DNA of 64,000 nt. Source: Burkholderiales bacterium. GTDB taxonomy: Bacteria; Pseudomonadota; Gammaproteobacteria; Burkholderiales; Burkholderiaceae_C. The notes beneath the pieces were generated by a model. The model was not told the origin of the DNA. It did not search any database and saw nothing but the letters and a program-made list of their open reading frames with translations. The first letter of the stretch is position 1, and every line of letters starts with the position of its first letter. A program made the position numbers and the translations under genes. Shown one piece after another: positions 26,062-34,497 of the stretch. The DNA lies in the NCBI GenBank assembly GCA_026932235.1, contig JAIXKR010000162.1, positions 115,356 to 179,355 on the forward strand. Reading direction: 5' to 3'.

Positions 26062-28422
26062 TCAGGAAGGGAAGCCAGCCCGCGATGGGTCTGACTTCCC
26101 TTCGTTGCCCGCAACACCCACGGCAACGCCCTCGTGCAACGCCTGCTCGGATGCGATCACCATCTCGTCGAGGTCGATCACCGCGTCTGCCATCGCCGTC
26201 AGCTCGGGCGTCTGCGACACGAAGAACTCGCGCTCGTACCCCCCCAGCTTGAGTACCTCGCGCTTCATCGCCATGAACATGCGCTTGCGGTCGGCGTCCA
26301 ATGCGCCGTCGGCCTCGTCACAGAACAGGGTCATGCAGCGCCGGCCCGATTGCTGCGCGAGGTAGAGCGCCACAGCGCGCGTCAAGCACTCGTTGATCCA
26401 CACCCGTTCGCCGCCGCTCATCAGCGCGACGCTCTTGGCATCGCCCGACTCGCTGTCGTGCACCTCGATGTCGAACCCTTCGCGTGCTTCTCCCTTTGCC
26501 GTTTCGACCTGGGTGCGGATCGCCACCGTGAAGCGCGCGCCGTAGCAGGCCAGCAGCAGGTCGTTGGCCAGGCCCGACAGCGCGGGGCCTGCATCCTCGA
26601 TGGCCAGCGCGATGAGCCCGTCGTGGCTCATGCAGCGCGCGAACAGCAACCAGTCGGCCAGGCGGTTCTGCACGCGGTCGATGTGCGCACCGAGCGCGGA
26701 ACGCCGTGCCTCGCAGCGGGAACGATCGGCTTCAACCGCCTGGCGCTTGTGGACGTCCGCCAGCGCCGTGGCATGGGCACGCTCTGCTTCCTCGAGGCGC
26801 CGCTGGGCCGCGGTGACGGTCGCCGCGGCTTCTGCCAGCTGCCGCGTGTCGAATCGGGGTGGCAAGGCCGCCAACATCTGCTCGGTGGCGATGCGGTCGG
26901 CGCGATGCGCCTCACGCCGGCCTTGCCACTGCTGAACGGATTCTTCCCGTCCGGCGACGATGGCCTGCCGCTCGGCGCGCTCATCGTCCAGTTCGCCACC
27001 CGACTCGGTCAGCCGCAGGGCCTGCACTTCCTCCTGCAATGCCGCGCGCTCCTCCTGGGCGCTCAGCAGATCAGCCTTGCGCCCGGCCAATGCGCCAAGG
27101 GTGGTCTCTCTGCTGGCGGCAGCAGCGGCACGGCGCTCGGTATCCCGGAGTGCGTCCGTGGCCATCTGCCACTGCGCCGCCCGCCGCTCGAGCGGCTCGA
27201 TCTCGCGCAGCAGCTGCGCCCGTTCTTCCGCATGTCGGTCGATCTCGCCACGCGCCGATGGCCTCAAGCTGGCGGCCTCGCGTGCGTCGCGCAGCAGATG
27301 GCAGCGTCCTTGCAGCGGCAGGCCACTGCAGGGGACCGATCCGGTAAGACCAAAGCGGCGGTCGAGTTCCTGCGCTCGCAGCGCAGCTTTGCCGGCCGCT
27401 TGCTCGACGCCGCAAAGCCGCTGCTTTGCCTGGCCCAGCGCTTCGCGTGCCCGTCCGGCCTGTTCGACCACAGCGCGCGCTTGCGCCAGGCGTGCCTGCC
27501 ATGCGACGCCGACTCGCCGGGCGAGCGGCAGTCGGCGCTCCGCGCGGGCAACAGGCCCCGCATCCGCCACAAGCGCGGCACAGCGGCTCAGCCGGGCCTC
27601 CACTGCCTCACGCCGCGTCCTGGCGCCAGCCATGCGTTGGACGACACGCCGGTTCAGCCTTTCGGCGCGCTCGCGCAGGTCGTCTTGTTGCCGTTGCCAT
27701 TCGGCCTCGGATCGCCGCAGAGTCGCCGCAGCAAGGCGCAGGCGGTCTTCCAGCCGTGCGCGCTGCTCACCGGTGGCAGATGAATGTGACTGCTCGGCCA
27801 GCAGGCGAGCATGAGCCACCCGAGCCGCATCGCACGCGCTGCGAGCTGTGTCGCAGGCCTTCATCGCCACGGCGACGGCCTGTTCGGCGCCCTGCAGTCT
27901 GGTGAGGTCGGCCTTCACCCTCGCCTCGTCGGCCGCGAGTTCGGACTGCCGCATCCGCAGCGTGCTCAAGCCCGCTTTCAATCCGTGGACGACTTCCTGC
28001 GCCCGGCTGCCGAGTTGTCCGATCTCGTCCAGGCCGAGCAGGTCGGCCAGCAGTCCCTTGATCTCGGCGTTGCGGTACTGGCTCAAGTGGCGCCGCCCCT
28101 GTGCGGCGAACACCGACGTGAAGAAGGTTTCCGCGCTGCCACAGATCGACTCCACGCAGCGCAAGTAGCTGTCGCAGCGGCCGTCCGACACGGTGCCGTC
28201 GGCGATCACGGCCGGCTTCCAGGCCCTGCCATCCCAGGCGAACAGGTAGGCCTCGGTCCGTCGCCGGCCACCGGACCGGATCACCAGCTGCGAACGGTAG
28301 CGCCGCCCGTCCATCTCCCATACCAGCGTCTTCTCGCTCTCCGGCAGCGTGACGTGCTCGTAGTACGAGAAGCCGCCAAGTGCGCCTGTCGACGCGCGCG
28401 ACGGCATCAGCAGGTAGGGGTG
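26062..28422 (-). pseudogene. 3' part of an SbcC/Rad50-like ATPase interrupted by the three-recombinase element
   Basis: Lacks Walker A; begins HPYLLMPSRAS at the element end. Has coiled coil, VPC-x8-C hook, MSGGE and LFCDEADGALD. In frame with the 5' part at 40431-40598. Confidence 0.9.
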
Positions 28423-28571
28423 TTAGGTTGCATTCGCGCGTGTCAACGCGATTGCCTCCTGAGCCATCACTGCCTAAAGTGACCACAGCCCGAGCAGCCC
28501 CAGCCTCTTTCAGAGGCGAGTAGCCCGGCGCGTCCCGCGTTTTCAGCAACTCCCATGAAGGGGTTCGCGGC

Positions 28572-28883
28572 ATGGTTGCGCGCCGATCACGCAGATCGTT
28601 CAGTGCCTCGACGTTGACACGGCTTCGCCAGATGCCGGCCAGCGACGCGCTCGCGCTGCTGGCCGATCACGTCAAGCCCGACCCCACGTACCAGCCGCTC
28701 AAGGCCGAGCACAGCCTGCGCTGGCATGCCAGTACCGCGCGCGGTGAGTTCGAGATCCTGACCACCGGCGTCAAGTGGTACGACACGCGCGCTCGCGCCG
28801 GCGGTGGCGGCGCCATCGACTTGGCGATGCACCTGCTCGACATGTCGTTCGTCGAGGCTGTCAAGCATCTGACCGCGAGGTAG
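28572..28883 (+). CDS. Small protein resembling a primase N-terminal (CHC2-like) domain
   Basis: KWYD...GGGGAIDLAMHLLDMSFVEAVKHL motif; no zinc-finger cysteines. Confidence 0.65.
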   Translation: MVARRSRRSFSASTLTRLRQMPASDALALLADHVKPDPTYQPLKAEHSLRWHASTARGEFEILTTGVKWYDTRARAGGGGAIDLAMHLLDMSFVEAVKHLTAR

Positions 28884-28889
28884 ATCGCG

Positions 28890-30080
28890 ATGGTGACGAT
28901 CCTTCGCAAGGCCTCATTGCCGAATCCCGCCGACGTTGCCACGCGCTTGGCGCCGATGGCAGCGAAGGCGTTGACGCTTTCGCTTCGCGAGCCGCGTCCC
29001 GCCGGGTTCCCGCTTCTCTTCACCAAGCACTGGCAACTGATCGAACCGGCAGTCGCCTATCTGCACGAGCACTCGATCCAGCGCGCGCACACCCCGGACA
29101 CGCTCCGAACCTACGCCGAGATCCTCTACGACTGGTTCGAGACGCTCGAGCAGAACGATATCGCGTGGAACAGCGCGGACGCCGTCGACCTGGTCGCCTA
29201 TCGCAACCGCATGATGACGCAGCCGAGCTCTCATACGGGCCGCCCCTACTGCACCACGACGATCAACCATCGAGTCCGCGGCGTCCTCAGGTTCTATGCC
29301 TGGGCTGTCCGGACGCACTGGCTGAGCGAGTCGCCACTGGCAGACAAGGCTGGTGACTTCGGCGTCGCGAGACGTCACCGTTCGACTCGCATGCGGTATG
29401 CACCGGACGGGGCCCGCAACCTGTTCGTACTGCGGCAGCACGAACCGCTGCCTCGGCCGCTCGTCTCCGAGCAGGCCCGCGAGTTGCTCGCAACGCTCTC
29501 CCCACCGTACGACCTGATGGCGCGCTGGCAGCTGTGCACCGGCCTGCGGGTCAGCGAACTGCTGCGCCTCAGCGTCACCGACATCGGCGAGCAACCTCCC
29601 CCGGCCGCCTCTCACCACACCATCGAGATTCTGCGCAAGGGCCGCAAGCCCGGCTACGTCGTCGCACCTGCGAGCCTGGTCGACGAGACCAACGGATATC
29701 GTTCCGGGCTCCGTCGTGCCTGGCTTCGCCGCGCACGCCGCAACGGACGAACGACTGACACCTCACCACTGTTCATCAACGCCCGCGGCGCCCCGGCTGG
29801 CAAGAACGCCTACCAGCGCGCCGTCAGTTCGGCCGGACAGGCTTGCGGTTTCAAGGCGACCACGCATCTGCTTCGCGCGACCTTCGCATGCATGCTGCTG
29901 GCACGGCTCGAACATCTGGCCAACGAGGGCGCCAACGTCAACCCGCTGGTCGTCGTCAAGATCCTGCTCGGCCACGAGCACGTCGAGACCACGGACCGGT
30001 ACCTGCGCGCCATCGCCGTCGATGCCTGCGTGCTCAAGCGCGTCCTGGACACGCTGCTGTCGGGGGCGCAGGAACCATGA
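28890..30080 (+). CDS. Tyrosine recombinase A (GinA/TnpA-like)
   Basis: SAM-like N-terminus; TGLRVSE, RKG, HLLRATFA, LLGH and RY. Confidence 0.9.
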   Translation: MVTILRKASLPNPADVATRLAPMAAKALTLSLREPRPAGFPLLFTKHWQLIEPAVAYLHEHSIQRAHTPDTLRTYAEILYDWFETLEQNDIAWNSADAVDLVAYRNRMMTQPSSHTGRPYCTTTINHRVRGVLRFYAWAVRTHWLSESPLADKAGDFGVARRHRSTRMRYAPDGARNLFVLRQHEPLPRPLVSEQARELLATLSPPYDLMARWQLCTGLRVSELLRLSVTDIGEQPPPAASHHTIEILRKGRKPGYVVAPASLVDETNGYRSGLRRAWLRRARRNGRTTDTSPLFINARGAPAGKNAYQRAVSSAGQACGFKATTHLLRATFACMLLARLEHLANEGANVNPLVVVKILLGHEHVETTDRYLRAIAVDACVLKRVLDTLLSGAQEP

Positions 30081-31810
30081 CCTCCCGGCACGAAGTCGCT
30101 GTGCGGCGGTTCACCTCCGAGTTGGCTGCCGCTCCGGCCGAAGTCCAGCGGCCGGTGCGCCACGATGCCCCTCGCCTGATTCGCAAGACAGTCGTCGACT
30201 TCTCTTCGTTGAATCTGCCCGAGGACGCGCGCGCCGCAATCGCCCAAGCGTTCTGGGCCCACGTCGGAGCCCGCTCGAGCCGCGGCATCATCTCCTACTG
30301 GAATTCGATGCTGGTCTTCGAGCGGTTCGCCGCCGAGTCCGGCGCCGTCAGGTCGGTTGCGGATCTGAATCGAACGACGGTCGTGCGCTACATCGAGTGG
30401 CTCAACATGCAGCGACGCCCCGACGGTGAACCGTGGGCGATCTCCACCCGAGCGTCGATCTACTCGTGCTTGCGCCAACTGCTGCGATGGCTCGAGCGGT
30501 GTCGCCCCGACCTCGTCGGCAGCATCGACTACCCCTTCATCCCGTTTCCCGGCAAGGGCCGCGACAGGCCGCCGCGCGCAACGTTGTCGCCGCAGCAACT
30601 GCGCGCCATCCTGCGTGCCTGCGAAGAGGACATCGCCGCGATGCGCGCAGCTCGCGAGTCGGCCGCCAGGCTGCGCGTGTCCGAAGGCGACAAGCCTGGC
30701 ACGCTCGGCTGGGTACTCACGCAGATCGAAGAACGCTACGGCGGCATCATTCCCGATCGCTACACCATCGAGCACAAGGGCAACTTCTGGCTCCAGCAAG
30801 CCGTGCGTCGATACGGCGGTGCCAAGCAGCTGGGTCTCTACCTGTACCCCCGAGCGGAGACGCTGCTGCCCTACTACCTGGCCATCCTGATCCATACCGC
30901 CGGCAACCCGGAGGCCATCGCCGATCTCACGCGCGACTGCCTTCAGCCGCTGCCCCTGCTCGACGACCGCGAACTGCTCGTTTGGTTCAAGGCGCGCGCA
31001 TCGCGCATCCAGCGCCGGACCTTCGACAGCACACAGGCCTTCGAGCCGCCGGCACTCGTCAGGGACCTCCAGGCCTGGAACGCGCGGCTGGTGCCTCTTG
31101 CGCCGGTCGCGCAGCGCAATCGGCTGTTCGTCTTCAAGGGCCACGTCACGGTCAACGCCCTGTCGATCATCACGGTCCATCACCGGCTCGGACCGTTCTG
31201 CAGGCGCCACGGCCTGCCGCCATTCGCGCCCGCGCTCATTCGTCCAAGCGTGCTGGCCTGCTTCTATCGCTTCAGCGGCGACCTGTTGCGCACCAAGGCC
31301 GTCGCCAACCACGTGAACGTCGCCACGACCGTCCACTACGTACAGACTCCCTTGGTGCACGCCCGCAATCGCTCGCGCATCGCGGATCTTCAGGGCGCCT
31401 TCCTGCGGCACGTCGAGACGCCGTTGCCTCCAAGCCTGCCGACGGTATCGTCCAAGCCGTCATCCCCGCGCGGGCCGGCGGTCACGATGTTCGGCTTCGA
31501 CTGCAAGGATCCGCTCTCAGGCACCGCGCCCGGATCGAGGAGCGGCGAGCTCTGCACGCACTTCATGGGCTGCTTCACCTGCCCCAACGCGATCATCCCC
31601 TGCGACCCTGCCACCATTGCCCGACTGCTCCAGGCACGCGATCACTTGCGCGCGGCCGCTGTGGTGCTGCACCCGGCGCGGTGGGAGGCCGTCTACGCTC
31701 CGCCGCTGCGCATTCTCGAGGAAGACATCCTCCCTCGCTTCGGTGCGAACGACCTTGCGGCCGGTGAAGCGCAGCGGTCACTCCTGCCGCCATTGCCGGA
31801 GCTGCGTTGA
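30077..31810 (+). CDS. Recombinase-like protein B (GinB-like) with degenerate catalytic motifs and a Cys cluster
   Basis: ATGA overlap; TAGNPE, FKARA, LIRPS, ANH...HY; C-terminal CKDP...CTHFMGCFTCPNA. Confidence 0.8.
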   Translation: MTSRHEVAVRRFTSELAAAPAEVQRPVRHDAPRLIRKTVVDFSSLNLPEDARAAIAQAFWAHVGARSSRGIISYWNSMLVFERFAAESGAVRSVADLNRTTVVRYIEWLNMQRRPDGEPWAISTRASIYSCLRQLLRWLERCRPDLVGSIDYPFIPFPGKGRDRPPRATLSPQQLRAILRACEEDIAAMRAARESAARLRVSEGDKPGTLGWVLTQIEERYGGIIPDRYTIEHKGNFWLQQAVRRYGGAKQLGLYLYPRAETLLPYYLAILIHTAGNPEAIADLTRDCLQPLPLLDDRELLVWFKARASRIQRRTFDSTQAFEPPALVRDLQAWNARLVPLAPVAQRNRLFVFKGHVTVNALSIITVHHRLGPFCRRHGLPPFAPALIRPSVLACFYRFSGDLLRTKAVANHVNVATTVHYVQTPLVHARNRSRIADLQGAFLRHVETPLPPSLPTVSSKPSSPRGPAVTMFGFDCKDPLSGTAPGSRSGELCTHFMGCFTCPNAIIPCDPATIARLLQARDHLRAAAVVLHPARWEAVYAPPLRILEEDILPRFGANDLAAGEAQRSLLPPLPELR

Positions 31811-31828
31811 GGCTCGACCAGCTCGACC

Positions 31829-33724
31829 ATGCAGACATCGCGACTCCAGGTTTCGCGTCCCGCCATCGAACCGGCACCCGACGATCGCGCTTGGTTCCTG
31901 AAGGACTCGCGCTGGGAGGATCCGGTCTGGCGCTTCGCGCCGACGAACGCGCTCGAGGAGGAACTGCCGGTCAGTCTGGCCTGGGACTTCGCGCTGCAGG
32001 AGGGGCGCCGCTTCACCGACGCGCGCTACGCGCCGCTGCGACAGACCTGCAAGCAACTGGTCGCGCTGATCCGGTGCCGATCGTTGTGCACGGGCCTGCC
32101 GCTGCGACCGCGCTCGGTCCTGAACTACTTCTTCTCCCTGCGATTCCTCGTGCGCTGGATGGACCAGGAGGGCCTCAGCCGATTTGCCGAGCTCGACGCG
32201 ACAGCCTTGCTGCAGTTTCAGCATTGGCTCGCCGAGCTGCCGATGGCGCGCGGACCGTTGCGGTCTGCGTCCACGGTGCAGCGCCATCTGTACCTGTTCA
32301 CCTACCTTCATCGCTTTCGCATGGAGCTGGACGACGGCCTGGAATTCGATCCGTTCCCCGGCAGCAACCACCGTCAGGCCGCCGGTGATCGCGAGGGTCT
32401 ACGCCGCCCGTGGCCGTCCACCCCTGACGGCGTCGCCGTGCCGCTGGTCCAGGCCGCCGTCGACATCGTCACGCGCGACGCCGGCCGGATCCTGCAGGCG
32501 ATGGAGACCTACCGCCAGGCGATGACTGCGACCGCTGGATGCTCTCAAAGCGGCTACGCTCACACCGACCGGGCCACGCGCAGGTTGAAGCGGGCCAACA
32601 GTGCTCTGCCCGAAGTCGAACGGCCGGTGGCGTCGGTGGCGGAGCTTGTCTTGCGGATCGACATGCTCTACGCGGCCTGTTTTGTCGTCCTGTCCTATCT
32701 GGTCGGGCCACGGGTCAGCGAGATCCTCCACTTGAAGGCCGGCTGCGTGCAGGAACGGCACGATGGCGGTATTTGCGCCGATTCCCCGGTCACCGTGATC
32801 GTCGGCAGCATCTTCAAGCGTCAGCCGGGATACGACGGCCGGCCTCACGAATGGGTCGCACCGCCCGTGGCCGTTCAGGCGATTGCGGTGCTCGAGGCAC
32901 TGTCCGCGGAGCATCGTACGGTATCGGGCCGCCATGAGCTGTGGCTGCGCCGGCGCCGGGGCAACGGTGCGACGGAGTGGTTTCACGCCCGCGCGGATCA
33001 GTTGGAGATCGCATCGCCGTCGCGCGTCGCCACGCAGTTGCAGCGCTTCGGCGCGAGACTCGGGCTGACCCATGAGGATCGGCCCTGGAGGCTGACGACC
33101 CACCAGGGGCGCAAGACCTTCGCCAGGTTTGCGGCGCTGCGCGACCGCACCTGCCTCTTCGCGCTGAGCCAGCACCTGGGTCATCGCGAGCGTGCGGAGA
33201 CCGACCACGGTTACGTCGGCTCAGACTATCGCCTCAATCAGGAGATCGACGCCGAGATCCTGCAGCAGTCCATGGCGGCTTGGGAGCACATGCTGGCCGC
33301 ACCGGGCCTCGGCGGCCGCGCAGGCATCGAGATCGTGGCCAAGCGCCCTCGTTTCAGGGGCAGCCGCTTGAAGCAGGACCTCAAGAGCTACGCGCGCCTG
33401 CTGGTCGACGCGGGCCTGGTGCTCGGCGTGTGCGACTGGGGTTTCTGCGTCTACCGCGAAGAACACAGCGCCTGCCTCGGCAACGCCGCCGGGCCGAACC
33501 CGGCGCGACGCGAACCTTCGACCTGCGCGCGCTGCAGGAACTTCGTGGTCTCGCCACAGCATCGGACCTACTGGCTCGAGCAGGCGCGACGTTGCGAGTC
33601 GCTGCTGAACCAACCCGCTCTGCCGCGGCAAACGCTGCGCATCGTCCGCGAGCGCCTGAACGAGGCCCATGCCCTGCTTCGGACGCTCGACGCGGGAAGC
33701 GCCGAGGAGAACAGCCATGCGTGA
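31829..33724 (+). CDS. Tyrosine recombinase C (GinC/TnpB-like)
   Basis: GPRVSE, THQGRKTFA, QHLGH and GY; C-terminal GFC...C...CARCRNF. Confidence 0.85.
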   Translation: MQTSRLQVSRPAIEPAPDDRAWFLKDSRWEDPVWRFAPTNALEEELPVSLAWDFALQEGRRFTDARYAPLRQTCKQLVALIRCRSLCTGLPLRPRSVLNYFFSLRFLVRWMDQEGLSRFAELDATALLQFQHWLAELPMARGPLRSASTVQRHLYLFTYLHRFRMELDDGLEFDPFPGSNHRQAAGDREGLRRPWPSTPDGVAVPLVQAAVDIVTRDAGRILQAMETYRQAMTATAGCSQSGYAHTDRATRRLKRANSALPEVERPVASVAELVLRIDMLYAACFVVLSYLVGPRVSEILHLKAGCVQERHDGGICADSPVTVIVGSIFKRQPGYDGRPHEWVAPPVAVQAIAVLEALSAEHRTVSGRHELWLRRRRGNGATEWFHARADQLEIASPSRVATQLQRFGARLGLTHEDRPWRLTTHQGRKTFARFAALRDRTCLFALSQHLGHRERAETDHGYVGSDYRLNQEIDAEILQQSMAAWEHMLAAPGLGGRAGIEIVAKRPRFRGSRLKQDLKSYARLLVDAGLVLGVCDWGFCVYREEHSACLGNAAGPNPARREPSTCARCRNFVVSPQHRTYWLEQARRCESLLNQPALPRQTLRIVRERLNEAHALLRTLDAGSAEENSHA

Positions 33725-34139
33725 GGTAAAGGTCGACGCCGATAGCCGGACCACGGCGCAGCGGCTTCGGGACGCGTTGGCCACCATGGTTCGCACGCCA
33801 AGCACAGGCGTCGCGGTGCAGCCGCTCACCGCGACGACCCTGTGTCAGATCGCCGGGATCTCCCGCAATGCGCTGTATCGGTACCACCCCGAGGTCTTGG
33901 CGGCGCTGCACGAGGCCCAGCGAAGCGCACGCGGCCCGTCAGGCGCCCCCGCACGTCAGGCGAAGCTGCTGCGCCAGGAGAACCGCGAGTTGCGCGAGCA
34001 GTTGGGCAAGTTGGCCGCGCTCGTCGATCACTACTTCGCGGCTTGGCAGGACGCTCACCTCATGCTCGAACGGCGAGAGCGAGAACTGGCCGAGCTGCGC
34101 CGCGCCACCGGCCCGCAGGTGGTTTCGATGCGCCGCTGA
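33717..34139 (+). CDS. Small HTH plus coiled-coil protein (GinD/TnpC-like)
   Basis: LTATTLCQIAGISRNALYRYHP followed by a heptad coiled coil; overlaps recombinase C. Confidence 0.8.
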   Translation: MREVKVDADSRTTAQRLRDALATMVRTPSTGVAVQPLTATTLCQIAGISRNALYRYHPEVLAALHEAQRSARGPSGAPARQAKLLRQENRELREQLGKLAALVDHYFAAWQDAHLMLERRERELAELRRATGPQVVSMRR

Positions 34140-34154
34140 GCCGCGGGCCAAGTC

Positions 34155-34185
34155 TTGACCTTGACACAGGAGCAAGGTCTAAGCT
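34155..34185 (+). promoter_or_regulatory. MerR-family (CueR-type) promoter/operator
   Basis: TTGACC, 19 bp, TAAGCT with dyad ACCTTG...CAAGGT. Confidence 0.75.
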
Positions 34186-34225
34186 GCGAAGGACAGGGGC
34201 ACAGGTGCCCCGCTGGAGGTCTGCG

Positions 34226-34459
34226 ATGACATGCGCCCTCATGTCGGACCTCGCTCTCGCGCGAGCGCTGTTGCGGCTCTACAAGCTGGCCATGATCGCC
34301 GGACGCCCCGGTGTCACCGATCACCTGCTGCACGCCCTGGAGGAACTCGCCCGAAGCGAGCCGGCATGCGAGCCGATACTCGACCAAGCGTACCTGTGGG
34401 GCCTTGGTGCGCGGGTCGGTGTCGCACAGCCGCGCATGCCAGGGTCCGGCACGCAGTGA
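34226..34459 (+). CDS. Small hypothetical protein under the CueR-type promoter
   Basis: GGAGG RBS; 77 aa; LARALLRLYKLA...DHLLHALEELA...C...LDQAYL. Confidence 0.6.
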   Translation: MTCALMSDLALARALLRLYKLAMIAGRPGVTDHLLHALEELARSEPACEPILDQAYLWGLGARVGVAQPRMPGSGTQ

Positions 34460-34497
34460 CCAGCGCTGTCGGCGCCGGGCTCGCGCCACGACCGCGA

